A stretch of 24,000 bases of DNA. Source: Methanobrevibacter arboriphilus. Lineage in GTDB: Archaea > Methanobacteriota > Methanobacteria > Methanobacteriales > Methanobacteriaceae. Location: contig NZ_AP019779.1 in assembly GCF_019669925.1 (NCBI RefSeq), positions 1,877,292-1,901,291 of the forward strand, in the 5' to 3' direction. Shown here one piece after another: positions 1 to 7,908 of this stretch (the first letter of the stretch is position 1; every line of letters starts with the position of its first letter). Under the pieces are notes generated by a model. That model made no database searches. It saw only the letters and a list, made by a program, of their open reading frames with translations, and was not told the origin of the DNA. Both the position numbers and the translations under genes were made by a program.

Positions 1-254
1 TGAATATGCTTAATTTTTCCTTCCATCGAGTGATATTTATTTTTGATGTATCTCCCAATTAAAATAATAAAAATAATTAAAGAAGCGAAAATAATAATAA
101 TTACAATAAGTGTATAGAAATAATTCTCTATAACACCGAATAATGTTAGTATTTCAGTAACTAATATTCCTATAAAAGCTTGAAACCATCCTTTTTGTTT
201 ATTATATACAAAACGGAGTTTATATGATAAATCTTTAAAACACATGATAATCAT
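1..254 (-). CDS. Small membrane protein (two predicted TM helices), 3'-truncated by the window edge; last visible gene of the minus-strand cassette
   Basis: Hand translation of the minus strand from the ATG at 254-252 gives MIIMCFKDLSYKLRFVYNKQKGWFQAFIGILVTEILTLFGVIENYFYTLIVIIIIFASLIIFIILIGRYIKNKYHSMEGKIKHI..., open to position 1. There are two hydrophobic stretches of about 20 aa. The ATG shares its A with the TGA stop (256-254) of the upstream gene (TGATG overlap). It is missing from the ORF track only because it has no stop inside the window. Confidence 0.5.
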   Translation of the reverse strand, partial: MIIMCFKDLSYKLRFVYNKQKGWFQAFIGILVTEILTLFGVIENYFYTLIVIIIIFASLIIFIILIGRYIKNKYHSMEGKIKHI

Positions 255-868
255 CAAATCATAGCATGTTCAAATGTTTGAAGCACTGTTTCTTTTGAGT
301 TTTCATCATATTCATCAGGAATCATTATAGATTTTCTATAATAATAAAAAGAAATATCATCAGTTAATTGAATATCTGCTTCAATTAGTCTGTAATCTTT
401 TCCTAATTCTTTTTGACGATATTTATCTTCAAGTTCATCATCAATGTCGCCATCAACAATAGTGCCATTGTGCACAAATTTTAAATCAAAATCTTCAGCA
501 TTAAAAAGCATTTTATGTTCATTATATGAATTAGGTGAAAAATTTTCTAGTTCCTCATCCATTTTTGACTTAAAAAAAAGTTCTAATTTTTCAAATGCAT
601 CATCTTTTAATTTTTGATTTAAAGATTCAATTAATAATAACTTTGAGCTTAATCGAATTTCAAAGAATATTTTTTTATTTAAACCTTGTAAAACTACATG
701 TCCATTGATTTTTGACTTAATTTGCGAGTTTTCTTCGTCATTTTCCTTCAGTATATGTCTGTTATCAAAAAAAACATCATCTGCGTTTTTTTCTTTAAGT
801 TTATTAATATCAGTATTTTCTAATTTTTCTGATAATTCTTCACTTATTTTGTAAAGATAATAAAACAT
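254..868 (-). CDS. Hypothetical acidic protein, 204 aa, no recognisable domain
   Basis: ORF track. A GGTGGA Shine-Dalgarno (879-874) lies 5 nt upstream of the ATG at 868 and sits inside the 3' end of the upstream gene, giving a 29-nt overlap (840-868). My hand count is about 46 D/E against about 28 K/R. Confidence 0.7.
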   Translation of the reverse strand: MFYYLYKISEELSEKLENTDINKLKEKNADDVFFDNRHILKENDEENSQIKSKINGHVVLQGLNKKIFFEIRLSSKLLLIESLNQKLKDDAFEKLELFFKSKMDEELENFSPNSYNEHKMLFNAEDFDLKFVHNGTIVDGDIDDELEDKYRQKELGKDYRLIEADIQLTDDISFYYYRKSIMIPDEYDENSKETVLQTFEHAMI

Positions 869-2087
869 TTTTATCCACCAAATATTTTATATTCTCTTCT
901 ATTTTCTTTTTCACTTTTTCAGGGTATTCTTCAGTAACACAATTATTATCAAACAAATAAATTGGAGGTATCTTAGGACATTTTTCTTCTAATTTTTTGC
1001 AATGGTTTTCTCTATATCCAATAAAGTTATAAATAGTGTTTGAATATTCATCAAAAAGTTTATCTTTCAATTCATCGATAAAAGTTATGTCAGGTATTTT
1101 TTCAGAGGATTTTAATTTATTCCATTTAAAATATTCAATTAACAAATTGTTTAAAAATGGCAAAGATAGTTTGATTTTTTGACTATAATCTTTCTTTCGA
1201 ATACTATTGGCTGAATGTATTCTTATAAGTGATTCATCTTTTTTGATATCTACTTTGAATCCAATAGTGAATCTTGCTTTCCGATAAATAAATTTCCCTT
1301 TTAATTCAGATATTATTAATTTATTTATAATTCCATAAATAATGGGGAATGATAAATCTTTTCGATTATTATCAACAGTTAATATATTTTCAGATACATT
1401 ATCTTCATCTTCATCTTCAGGTTTTTCAGTTTCAAATTTCTTAAAATCTTGCAATTTTAGATTTTCATTAATATTTCCGCTAGGATTTAATTTTTTCTTA
1501 TATACTAACCATAGTAAGAAACTAGGGTTAATGTTTATTGTCTCCCAATCAAATGCTAATTTTTTATCTTTTTTATAAATATTGAGTTTATTTTCCAACA
1601 ACTTTATTGGTTTTTTACTGTGAGATTCGGCACCACATACAAATATTAAATCAAATGAAGGCACTAAAAAAATATCCACAAAAATGGATTTATCATCTGC
1701 TATATTAGTTTTAATATAACATAATTTGTCTAATTTAGCATGATTTTCATTACCTGATTCATAATTTTTTGAAATTTTAAAGTCTTGTGGTTTTCCTGTC
1801 CAAAATTCATTTTCAATGCCTAAAAAACTAAAATCAGATTGTACTGATTTTTTATAAATGAATTTGTCATAAAAACCATTTTTTTGATTAATATTATCTT
1901 CATCCGGTTTATATAGTTCTTCAGATTCTAAATCTGCAACTAATTTACTTGATAACTTTTCTGAAAGATTTTTTGTTTTAATTATTTTGGTAAAATATAA
2001 AGTTAGTTGCTCCGGTCTTTTAGGGGTATTATTATCTTTATCTGTCATCATTTTTCTCCTAATTTCAGAAACTTTAATATTAATCAT
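840..2087 (-). CDS. Hypothetical protein, 415 aa as the maximal ORF (403 aa from the alternative start at 2051); no recognisable domain
   Basis: This is the longest ORF on the strand. The internal ATGATG at 2051-2046 is preceded by AGGAG (2060-2056) and may be the true start. The ORF is K/N/E-rich with an acidic linker, EKPEDEDEDN. Several Cys lie near the C-terminus (HCKKLEEKCP...NNC). Confidence 0.75.
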   Translation of the reverse strand: MINIKVSEIRRKMMTDKDNNTPKRPEQLTLYFTKIIKTKNLSEKLSSKLVADLESEELYKPDEDNINQKNGFYDKFIYKKSVQSDFSFLGIENEFWTGKPQDFKISKNYESGNENHAKLDKLCYIKTNIADDKSIFVDIFLVPSFDLIFVCGAESHSKKPIKLLENKLNIYKKDKKLAFDWETININPSFLLWLVYKKKLNPSGNINENLKLQDFKKFETEKPEDEDEDNVSENILTVDNNRKDLSFPIIYGIINKLIISELKGKFIYRKARFTIGFKVDIKKDESLIRIHSANSIRKKDYSQKIKLSLPFLNNLLIEYFKWNKLKSSEKIPDITFIDELKDKLFDEYSNTIYNFIGYRENHCKKLEEKCPKIPPIYLFDNNCVTEEYPEKVKKKIEENIKYLVDKNVLLSLQNK

Positions 2088-2103
2088 TCACAATTTAATT
2101 TTT

Positions 2104-2430
2104 TCATTTTTCTTTTATATAATCTTCATATTTTTTCAGGAATTCACTTTCTAGTGATTCCCAATCATCATCAAGTTTTTCTCTTCCATCTTTCTTCGAT
2201 TTATATGAATCATGGAGAAAATTCAATAGATTATCTAAATCTTCAATCATTTCTATTGTTCCATCTTCTATAAATTTTTCCTGTGCTGCAGAACTCCAAT
2301 TAAGATATCTATCTTTATCCAAAAGTTTCATTATATCTAAACTTAATTTTATTCGAAATCTGTATATTTCAATTTTATTAGATTCTAGTGCTATTTTTCT
2401 TATTTCTGTTTTATCCTCTTCACTTAACAT
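2104..2430 (-). CDS. Small hypothetical protein, 108 aa, probably helical; first gene of the cassette
   Basis: ORF track. The downstream gene starts 16 nt after its stop, or 52 nt if the 2051 start is used. A TATA-like box lies about 25 nt upstream of the ATG and there is no SD, which suggests a leaderless first cistron. Confidence 0.65.
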   Translation of the reverse strand: MLSEEDKTEIRKIALESNKIEIYRFRIKLSLDIMKLLDKDRYLNWSSAAQEKFIEDGTIEMIEDLDNLLNFLHDSYKSKKDGREKLDDDWESLESEFLKKYEDYIKEK

Positions 2431-2450
2431 AATATCATATTTAATCGATA

Positions 2451-2460
2451 CATATAAAAA
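2451..2460 (-). promoter_or_regulatory. Candidate archaeal TATA box for the minus-strand cassette (leaderless transcript)
   Basis: The minus strand reads TTTTTATATG, centred about 25 nt upstream of the ATG at 2430. No SD lies between them. Archaeal TATA boxes sit at about -26/-27 from the TSS. Confidence 0.35.
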
Positions 2461-2892
2461 CTTAATTATTTATCATAAGATTTTTACCTGTATATATTTA
2501 AATAAATATATATCTATTAAAATTCAATTTTAAATATAACAACTAAAAAAATAATTTTACTTAAAAATTAGTATTATAATTTTCAATTTTCACAATTGAT
2601 AAAATTAATGGTCATTTATAAGAGATTATTGGATATTTTTTGATGGGTCTGGATGGAAGCATAATCCATGGGGTATTTTAGATTCAAATAACATATTTAG
2701 ATTCTAATGCTTATGGAAAGAATACATATAATATTTGTATAGTCCTTATTTTTTTATTTAATTAGTTACTGATAAAAAATTAAAAAAAATAAAAACAAAC
2801 TTTGATAAGAAACTAATACGGCACATATTAAGACATAATTTCACAATATATTTATTAAATCATGTAAAATTATTATTTTGAGGATTGGGCGT

Positions 2893-4047
2893 ATGTTATT
2901 TCATAAAAAGATAGACGAAATTTCAGAAAAGGATATAAATAATATAGTTGGAAATGAAGTTTTTGAAGATAAATATTTGGAGTATAAATCTGAGTATAAT
3001 CATTCAGATAAAATAAAATTCAAGTTAATAAAAACTGTTTGTGGATTTGCAAACTCAGATGGTGGTTTATTAATCTATGGGATAACAGAAGACGAAAACC
3101 ATACTCCTTCAGAAGTTACAGGGGTTAAATTAGATAGTAGTTTTGATAATGAAGTTAATTGGATTGAAAGTATAGTTTCTTCAAATTCGGAGCCAAGTAT
3201 TTCGAATATAGAAATAAGACAAATAGAAATTAAAGAATCTGATAGGATTATCTTGATTATTAAAGTTCCAAAAAGCTGGAACCTTCCACATAGAGTTGTG
3301 CAAGGAAAACCTAATAAAAAAAGTGAATCTAAAAGAGAATTTTTTGTCAGACGACAATCGAAAACAGTTCCATTGGAGATTGACGAATTGAAAAATCTAT
3401 TTAGTTTTGCAGGAGATGTTCATGATAAGATTCATTTATTTAGAGATAATCAAATAGCTAAAGTCGTTTCTGACAATGTATTTATATGCACTGACTCTCA
3501 AATAGCATTACTCATTGATTTAATTCCTTTTAACAGTTTTAATAATGTTGAATTTGATATTAGAGAAACAAAAGATCAAGTTCCAACTTTTGGCCAAGGA
3601 GATTCTAGATATGGGGAATATAATTTTGAGGGAGTTATAAGTAAATCAATGATTCACTATTCTCAAATCTATAGAAATGGGATTATTGAAGGTTTAGTGT
3701 CTTCGAACAGATTTTTAAAGGTTCCTCTTAAAGAATTTTTTGAATATACACTAAATTTTATAAATGATTCTATAAAATTATATGAAAAGATAAATTTTTC
3801 ACCACCCTTCGCTATTTTTATATCACTTATAAATATCGAAAATCGTAATCTTGAAACTTTGTTTTTTGATAAGGAAGCTATTAGTGATAGAAATGTTTTA
3901 CCTGGTCATGAAATCATGATTGAAAAGTATTTATCTAAAAATGAGATAGCATTTAAACTCAAAACTGTTTTTGATTCATTTTATAATCATTTTGGGATTG
4001 AAAATTCTCCTTTTTACGATGAAGAAGGCAATTGGAAGAAAAAATGA
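2893..4047 (+). CDS. AlbA_2 (Schlafen-like, 'divergent AAA'/putative DNA-binding) domain protein with an uncharacterised C-terminal half
   Basis: The N-terminal ~180 aa match AlbA_2 hallmarks in order: EDKYLEYKSE, then VCGFANSDGGLLIYGITED, then IILIIKVPKSWNLPHRV, then EFFVRRQSKTVPLEIDELKNLF. The ATG at 2893 is preferred over the TTG at 2878 because GAGGA lies about 9 nt upstream of it. Confidence 0.8.
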   Translation: MLFHKKIDEISEKDINNIVGNEVFEDKYLEYKSEYNHSDKIKFKLIKTVCGFANSDGGLLIYGITEDENHTPSEVTGVKLDSSFDNEVNWIESIVSSNSEPSISNIEIRQIEIKESDRIILIIKVPKSWNLPHRVVQGKPNKKSESKREFFVRRQSKTVPLEIDELKNLFSFAGDVHDKIHLFRDNQIAKVVSDNVFICTDSQIALLIDLIPFNSFNNVEFDIRETKDQVPTFGQGDSRYGEYNFEGVISKSMIHYSQIYRNGIIEGLVSSNRFLKVPLKEFFEYTLNFINDSIKLYEKINFSPPFAIFISLINIENRNLETLFFDKEAISDRNVLPGHEIMIEKYLSKNEIAFKLKTVFDSFYNHFGIENSPFYDEEGNWKKK

Positions 4048-4070
4048 ATTTTTATAATGCATAATTAGAA

Positions 4071-4078
4071 TTTATATA
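4071..4078 (+). promoter_or_regulatory. Candidate TATA box (TTTATATA) upstream of the HEPN-protein gene
   Basis: An exact TTTATATA is centred about 31 nt upstream of the ATG at 4106. This implies a very short leader or none. It is only a sequence match. Confidence 0.3.
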
Positions 4079-4105
4079 AACTTTTAGTTGTTTTCAGTGG
4101 ATACA

Positions 4106-5659
4106 ATGTCATTAAAAAATCTTAAAATCCCCCATATTCCATATTTAAATTTTAATCAGGATAAAGATAAAAATATCATTTTTCAAGCTATCTCAGGTGT
4201 TATTAAATCCACCTCAGAAGATAAAAAAGATGATATATTTGATATTAAATTAGTGATTTCAAATGATATAAAGATATATTTTTCTATTAGTCTTTTTAGT
4301 ACTTATTTTTTTAAAAAATATGGCGAATATGAAGAAGATAAAAAAAATATTGTAGATGGAACTCCTGATATAAGTTTTTATTCAAACATCTATTTTGTTG
4401 ACTCAAAAAACCGATATGATGTGAAAATAAAAAATTTTTTCGTAGATAGTTACAAATTTAACTTTTCAGGAGATTATTCAACACTCAAAGCATATATAGT
4501 GGGAGTCTGTGAAGAAATAGTTGTTTATGATAATGATTTTTCAGATAATGAAACTGTCGAATCATGGGAAATAATAGAAAATACTATTTTTAGTCAACCC
4601 AAAGGCTTTGGATTTAAAAATATCCAGATTGAAAAACTATTCTTAAAAGGTTTGGACACTAATGAATTTAATAGTGTCAATTTGAATAAAAAATGTATTA
4701 ACCAGTTTAAATATGCTACAGGATACTTTTATTATAAAGATAAGTTTAAAAATTTGAATAAATGGGATAAACGATTAGATAATATTTATTATTTGTTAGC
4801 TTTCTATAATTCTGATTTTAATAATCGTAGAATTACTTTAATTGAAGGAGAAAACAAAACAAAAATGATTTTCAGAGATAGGTATTTAGGAGAATCAAAT
4901 GGCAAAAATATATTTGAAAAAAATGGATATAATTTATTTAATCTTATTGATTCTACTTATTCTCCTCTAACTAATTTAGAACTTAAAGAGATAGATTTTA
5001 AGTTACTTATTGAATATTTTATTTATATAGAAAATGCATATAATATTAAAAATGAAATTCTGTTCTCTTCAATATTTTTAGAAATATTAAAAAATCAATA
5101 TAAAACAAACAATGATTCAACATTGTTAGATAATCTTAAAAATGCACTAAATGTGCATGAATTAAATTCTAACAAATTGTTTGAAATTCTTCATGCTAAT
5201 TATGGAATTGATTTTAAAAAGATAGAGAAAAATATTTTAAATGAATACAAGAATTCTAAAGATAGAAAAAATATTCTTAAAATGTTTGCTATGTTTAAAT
5301 CTAATTATTTCTTAAATAAATTAAAACTATATAGAAACAATATAGTGCATACTGGAAAAATGAATATTTCTGTGGAGGAAAATATTGAAATCATTGATGA
5401 AATTTCTAAATATTTGAAAAAAAGTTTCAATGGTAATAAAAACGAAGAAATTTTAGATAAAATTTCTAATAGTCTTAATGATGAGATAAATTCTGGAAAT
5501 TTTAGAGAGGATTTTGATTTGCAACAAAATTTTCTTAAAGAATTTATAATAATTATATTATTAGCTATTTTTGATGTGAATTGCAACATAAAAAGAAACA
5601 CTATAATGGGTAATAACATTAGTAGAAATTCTATAGACTATCTCAATCAATTTAAGTAA
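4106..5659 (+). CDS. Large protein with a C-terminal HEPN-type Rx4H motif (ApeA-like architecture); putative RNase effector
   Basis: YRNNIVH is encoded at 5333-5350 (R-N-x3-H) in a helical C-terminal region, preceded by a ~400-aa unassigned N-terminal region. The ATG at 4106 is preferred over the TTG at 4088. The gene starts 58 nt after the AlbA_2 gene on the same strand. Confidence 0.7.
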   Translation: MSLKNLKIPHIPYLNFNQDKDKNIIFQAISGVIKSTSEDKKDDIFDIKLVISNDIKIYFSISLFSTYFFKKYGEYEEDKKNIVDGTPDISFYSNIYFVDSKNRYDVKIKNFFVDSYKFNFSGDYSTLKAYIVGVCEEIVVYDNDFSDNETVESWEIIENTIFSQPKGFGFKNIQIEKLFLKGLDTNEFNSVNLNKKCINQFKYATGYFYYKDKFKNLNKWDKRLDNIYYLLAFYNSDFNNRRITLIEGENKTKMIFRDRYLGESNGKNIFEKNGYNLFNLIDSTYSPLTNLELKEIDFKLLIEYFIYIENAYNIKNEILFSSIFLEILKNQYKTNNDSTLLDNLKNALNVHELNSNKLFEILHANYGIDFKKIEKNILNEYKNSKDRKNILKMFAMFKSNYFLNKLKLYRNNIVHTGKMNISVEENIEIIDEISKYLKKSFNGNKNEEILDKISNSLNDEINSGNFREDFDLQQNFLKEFIIIILLAIFDVNCNIKRNTIMGNNISRNSIDYLNQFK

Positions 5660-5851
5660 ATTTATTTAAAAGAGAATTTATGCAAAAAAATTAACGCTCG
5701 TTTTCCAATCACAGCTTCTTTTTTAGAAGATAGCTCAATGTATTATGAGATTCAAGCTAGAAGAGAAGATGAAGAAGCTGAAATAATGGATTTAGAATAT
5801 TATTTTATTCAAAAATTTAGTAAATTGAAACTTCATTATCCATGAAAAAGA

Positions 5852-7000
5852 CTAATTATTACTACAATAGTTGTTATTATCCATTTCTAAAATAGAATTT
5901 TTCATATCTATCATGAAAAATTCAAGTGTTTGCTGATAAATTATACTGTCCATACTAGGTTTATATGTCAATAGCCAAGTTGTGGCTTGACAAATAGAAA
6001 TAGCTGTGTTTTGGATTGTTTCTCCAAGCCCATAGTTACTCGCCCCCCAATGTAAAATTTTTTCCTGTTTTTCACTAGGTAAACTTGTATTATATAATCC
6101 TCTTGAAAGGCCATGAATTGAAGCTGATGAAAGATTATAATAGGGTATCAGATGGTCAACATTAACAAATTTAGCCAAAGCTTTAAAATATGGTTTACAA
6201 ATTTCTTTAGGAATCCAACCCCAATCATAATCAAATTCTTTACCATATTTTTCAATTAATTCATCCCTTTGCTCTTTAATTTTTTCAAAATTATCAGTAT
6301 TTGGGATGTAATCATCATCAGGATGTAATCTTTCATAATAATTTTGATATTCTTTAATGTCTTTGTATGTTCTAATAATTTCATGTTCCATATATCTTTT
6401 TGTAACATAAAACTCATTTTTTGATAAGAAAGCTGAAATGACAGATAATTCATATAAAGTTCTCCATCTTGAATTAGCACCATCCCCATAACCTGTCTTT
6501 AAAAGAGTTAATATCTCATTAGATACACGGAGTGCTCTTGCATGAAGTTGCATTAAAACATTTAATTTACAATCATCACTATCTTTATTATAAATATCTC
6601 TAGAATGAAGATTGACTGACTCGAAGCACATAATAATCAAGACTTCAAGGTTACCAAGTATTTCTCCCCATTGGTCATGCACCAAATTTTCAAATTCATT
6701 TCTTTCATCAGCATATTCTTCTAGCATTGAATTCATATTTTCTTTTATAAATTTTACTAACTCATTAGAACCTGTAGATGTTGCATCTGTTAGTAATTTG
6801 GGGAGTTTGTCATTAATAAATTCATCATTAGGAAAATATCCTTTAACACTGATATATTTTTCTACAATAAATGATAAAATTTTTTCTCCAGTATTAGGCT
6901 TTTCAATCCCATAATTATTTATTTTCCTTTTTTTATAGTTTGTATTAATTATTATTAGATGTGAATGTTTAATGGAATGCTGTTTTCTATTGTATCTCAT
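5852..7000 (-). CDS. Hypothetical helical protein, 382 aa, possibly DUF5677-like
   Basis: Long ORF with non-repetitive composition. The segment LHARALRVSNEILTLLKTGYGDGANSRWRTLYELSVISAFL resembles, from memory, the conserved core of DUF5677-type proteins. That assignment is unverified. Confidence 0.65.
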   Translation of the reverse strand: MRYNRKQHSIKHSHLIIINTNYKKRKINNYGIEKPNTGEKILSFIVEKYISVKGYFPNDEFINDKLPKLLTDATSTGSNELVKFIKENMNSMLEEYADERNEFENLVHDQWGEILGNLEVLIIMCFESVNLHSRDIYNKDSDDCKLNVLMQLHARALRVSNEILTLLKTGYGDGANSRWRTLYELSVISAFLSKNEFYVTKRYMEHEIIRTYKDIKEYQNYYERLHPDDDYIPNTDNFEKIKEQRDELIEKYGKEFDYDWGWIPKEICKPYFKALAKFVNVDHLIPYYNLSSASIHGLSRGLYNTSLPSEKQEKILHWGASNYGLGETIQNTAISICQATTWLLTYKPSMDSIIYQQTLEFFMIDMKNSILEMDNNNYCSNN

Positions 7001-7070
7001 TTTTTTATTATTTTTTGTAGATGGGGTTTTTTTTGAAAGATTTTTGTGTGTTTTTTTCTTTGTTTGTTGT

Positions 7071-7908
7071 AGCTTGCTGTATGCATACAGATAAACACCT
7101 TGGTAGTATGTTCCTGTGATATTGTATGGTTTTGGTTTATTGGTATTGTTATCGCTGTCTGCATACAGATCAACACCATATGTTCCTGTGATATTGTATG
7201 GTTTTGGTTATATGTGGCGTTGTTATCGCTGTATGCAGCCAGAGCAACACCATAGTCTGTTCCTGTGATATCGTTAGGCTTTGGTTATATGTGGTATTTT
7301 TGCTGCTGTATGCAGCCAGATAAACACCTCGTGATGTTCCTGTGATGCTGCATTGTCTTGTTTATATGATGTGTTGTTATCGCTGTCTGCATACAGAGAA
7401 ACACCATTGCCTGATGTTCCTGTGAATTGTTGTGTAATCTTGGTTATATGTGGTATTTTTGCTGCTGGATGCAGACAGAGAAACACCATCGTAGTATGTT
7501 CCTGTGTTTGTTATTTTTGGCTTTGGTTTATTGGTATTGTTATCGCTGTATGCATACAGCTCAACACCATAGTCTGTTCCTGTGGATTGTTGTGTAGTTT
7601 CGGTTATATGTGGTATTTTTGCTGCTGGATGCAGACAGATAAACACCATATGTTCCTGTGATGTTGTTGTGTAGTCTTGTTTATATGGGATGTTGTTATC
7701 GCTGTATGCATACAGATAAACACCATCGTATGTTCCTGTGATATTTTATTGGCTTTGGTTTATATGTGGCGTTGTTGCTGCTGGATGCATCCAGATAAAC
7801 ACCTAGTGATGTTCCTGTGAATTGTTGTATTGTCTTGTTTATATGGTTGTGTTGTTATCGCTTTATGCATCCAGATAAACACCATTGTATGTTCCTGTGA
7901 TGTTGTTG
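7071..7908 (-). pseudogene. Decayed, inverted copy of the adhesin-like gene's NNITGT...GVYL.AYSSNNTNITFA repeat cassette (about 11 units of ~72-80 bp)
   Basis: The reverse complement matches 9346-10143. Exact inverted matches are 7219-7269 with 9511-9561 (51 bp), 7832-7861 with 9551-9580 (30 bp) and 7785-7820 with 9593-9628 (36 bp). Only short, frame-hopping ORFs are present (6997..7179, 7274..7489, 7377..7649). Confidence 0.85.

Noticed and set aside
1342-2273. Plus-strand ORFs 1342..1578 and 2007..2273 inside the minus-strand cassette
   Set aside because: These are antisense shadow ORFs with low-complexity S/F/L/I translations, and they overlap much longer coherent ORFs. The same reasoning applies to 5305..5619, 6256..6489, 6612..6914, 8764..8958, 10588..10830, 10649..10897, 10960..11262, 13474..13659, 14323..14511, 15427..15942, 16562..16783, 20240..20464, 20627..20854, 21013..21195, 21220..21435 and 23662..23844.
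2640-2700. A GC-richer patch (gatgggtctggatggaagcataatccatgggg) and a duplicated atttagattc in the divergent control region, considered as a small RNA or tRNA fragment
   Set aside because: Only a 5-bp stem (tggat/atcca) is present, with no cloverleaf or convincing structure. It may be an operator, but the evidence is insufficient to call a feature.
5738-5845. A 35-codon ORF (MYYEIQARREDEEAEIMDLEYYFIQKFSKLKLHYP) in the gap between the convergent HEPN and 382-aa genes, in the same frame as the HEPN gene after its stop
   Set aside because: It is too short, has no SD, and has no support beyond being open. It could be the relic of a longer HEPN-protein C-terminus. It cannot be supported from sequence alone.
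6997-7649. Minus-strand ORFs 6997..7179, 7274..7489, 7377..7649 and the plus ORF 7353..7661
   Set aside because: They are overlapping, frame-hopping fragments of the decayed NNITG repeat array or its antisense. They are best treated collectively as a pseudogene or silent cassette rather than as genes.
7071-7908. A regularly spaced ~72-80-bp periodic array that could be taken for a CRISPR array
   Set aside because: The units are the reverse complement of the protein-coding repeats of the adjacent adhesin-like gene (exact 30-51-bp matches to 9511-9628). There is no invariant short repeat alternating with unique spacers, and no cas genes are in view.
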